Both the position numbers and the translations under genes were made by a program. Positions 31,366-32,000 of a stretch of 32,000 nt of DNA are shown here, piece by piece. The DNA comes from Nitrososphaera viennensis EN76 (GTDB lineage Archaea; Thermoproteota; Nitrososphaeria; Nitrososphaerales; Nitrososphaeraceae): positions 510,001 through 542,000 of the forward strand of contig NZ_CP007536.1 of the NCBI RefSeq assembly GCF_000698785.1, read 5' to 3'. How positions within the stretch are numbered: position 1 is the stretch's first letter; each line of letters begins with the position of its first letter. The notes under the pieces were generated by a model. It ran no database searches. It was given only the letters and a program-made list of their open reading frames with translations, and was not told where the DNA came from.

Positions 31366-31614
31366 TCAGTACACAGACTCCGCGCTGGGCCGCAGGCCGC
31401 GCTTGAAGCTCCTGTGGCCGCATTCTCTGCACCTGTAGAGCCGCCGGCGCTTGTAGGTGTATATCGCGTCCGGCTCCTCGATGACCTCGTGTGCCGTGCG
31501 GTTCATGCACCGGTCGCAAAAGCGACGCTCTTCCTGCTGCACGCACACAGTTGCGCCCTGCTGTAATTTTAATACATACGCATGTAGGTGCGTGCGTGTG
31601 CGTGCTAACGGCAC
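31366..31614 (-). CDS. small zinc-ribbon protein
   Basis: CDRC...CRECGH four-Cys ribbon. Its stop is 2 nt before the methyltransferase ATG. The start is uncertain: GTG at 31614 or GTG at 31548. Confidence 0.5.
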   Translation of the reverse strand: MPLARTRTHLHAYVLKLQQGATVCVQQEERRFCDRCMNRTAHEVIEEPDAIYTYKRRRLYRCRECGHRSFKRGLRPSAESVY

Positions 31615-31699
31615 ATATACAAGATTTTATGCCAAAAAATAGAGACCTGGAAACGAAATAAAAAGGAAAGAGAAAGAAAGAGAGAGTGATGGGTTGTTG

Positions 31700-31906
31700 C
31701 TACTTTACCTCTTCCTTGGCCTTGTTGATACCGGCCTTGGCGGCGTCGCCGGCCTTTTGTCCCGTTTCTGCAGCCTTTTCTGTCGCCTCTTTTCCCATGT
31801 CAGCGGCCTTGTCCATTCCCTTGTTGACCGCCTCCGCGGCCTTGTCCGCACCCTCTTTGATCTTTTTCTCTGTCTCTTTCTTGGCATCCTCGATAAAACT
31901 CATCAC
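31700..31906 (-). CDS. small hydrophilic Lys/Ala/Glu-repeat protein (CsbD/LEA-like stress protein, tentative)
   Basis: 68 aa. Repetitive KEGADKAAEAVNKGMDKAADMGKEATEKAAETGQKAGDAAKAG. Confidence 0.55.
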   Translation of the reverse strand: MMSFIEDAKKETEKKIKEGADKAAEAVNKGMDKAADMGKEATEKAAETGQKAGDAAKAGINKAKEEVK

Positions 31907-32000
31907 ACAATATGCGGATGCGCATTATTTTAGAAAGCAGCCCACGAACAATCCAAGACGAGGTTAGTATGTGAGAATTTCCGCGAGAGATTTGCCGTTT

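Noticed and set aside
31364-31546. N-terminal 61-codon extension of the methyltransferase ORF (343-aa version)
   Set aside because: The extension is Arg/Ala/Gly-rich. It overlaps the zinc-ribbon ORF, which has a proper CxxC...CxxC pattern. The ATGATG at 31363 follows that ORF's stop by 2 nt.
1-32000. CRISPR array or cas genes
   Set aside because: I saw no series of regularly spaced short direct repeats on either strand, and no Cas-like proteins in the ORF track.

Overview
The window looks archaeal. It encodes an aCPSF1-type KH plus beta-CASP ribonuclease and a UPF0147 protein, and TTTAAATA-like TATA boxes sit about 25-30 nt upstream of many start codons, implying leaderless mRNAs. A Nitrososphaera-like ammonia-oxidising archaeon is my guess only. 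The GC-rich backbone carries a purine-biosynthesis cluster (purF-purL-purQ, an antisense CBS gene, then purS) and a CoA-binding protein. It also carries a nitroreductase, tRNA-Thr(UGU), an ABC-2 exporter pair, an M50 site-2 protease and aCPSF1. Further backbone genes are UspA, a CaCA-type cation exchanger, a SAM methyltransferase and lineage-specific small or membrane proteins. Two visibly AT-richer accessory segments stand out. Segment A (about 2.64-5.06 kb) is a minus-strand three-gene cassette: a duplicated zinc-ribbon/PH-like protein ending in a SHOCT motif, a small basic protein, and a protein with a HEPN-like C-terminus. Segment B (about 19.52-24.9 kb) lies between the S2P and aCPSF1 genes. 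It holds a decayed transposase 3' fragment, a TIR-like plus zinc-ribbon protein, a membrane HExxH zincin, small membrane ORFs and a wHTH regulator with palindromic operators. It also holds a SWIM/zinc-ribbon/DDE transposase translationally coupled to a DUF6602-like PD-(D/E)xK nuclease. About 84-bp imperfect inverted repeats with sharp outer edges and three internal sub-repeats bracket 4.3 kb of segment B. I rate segment B as the best candidate for an undescribed mobile or defence system. All domain calls are by-eye motif recognition and need HMM or structure confirmation.
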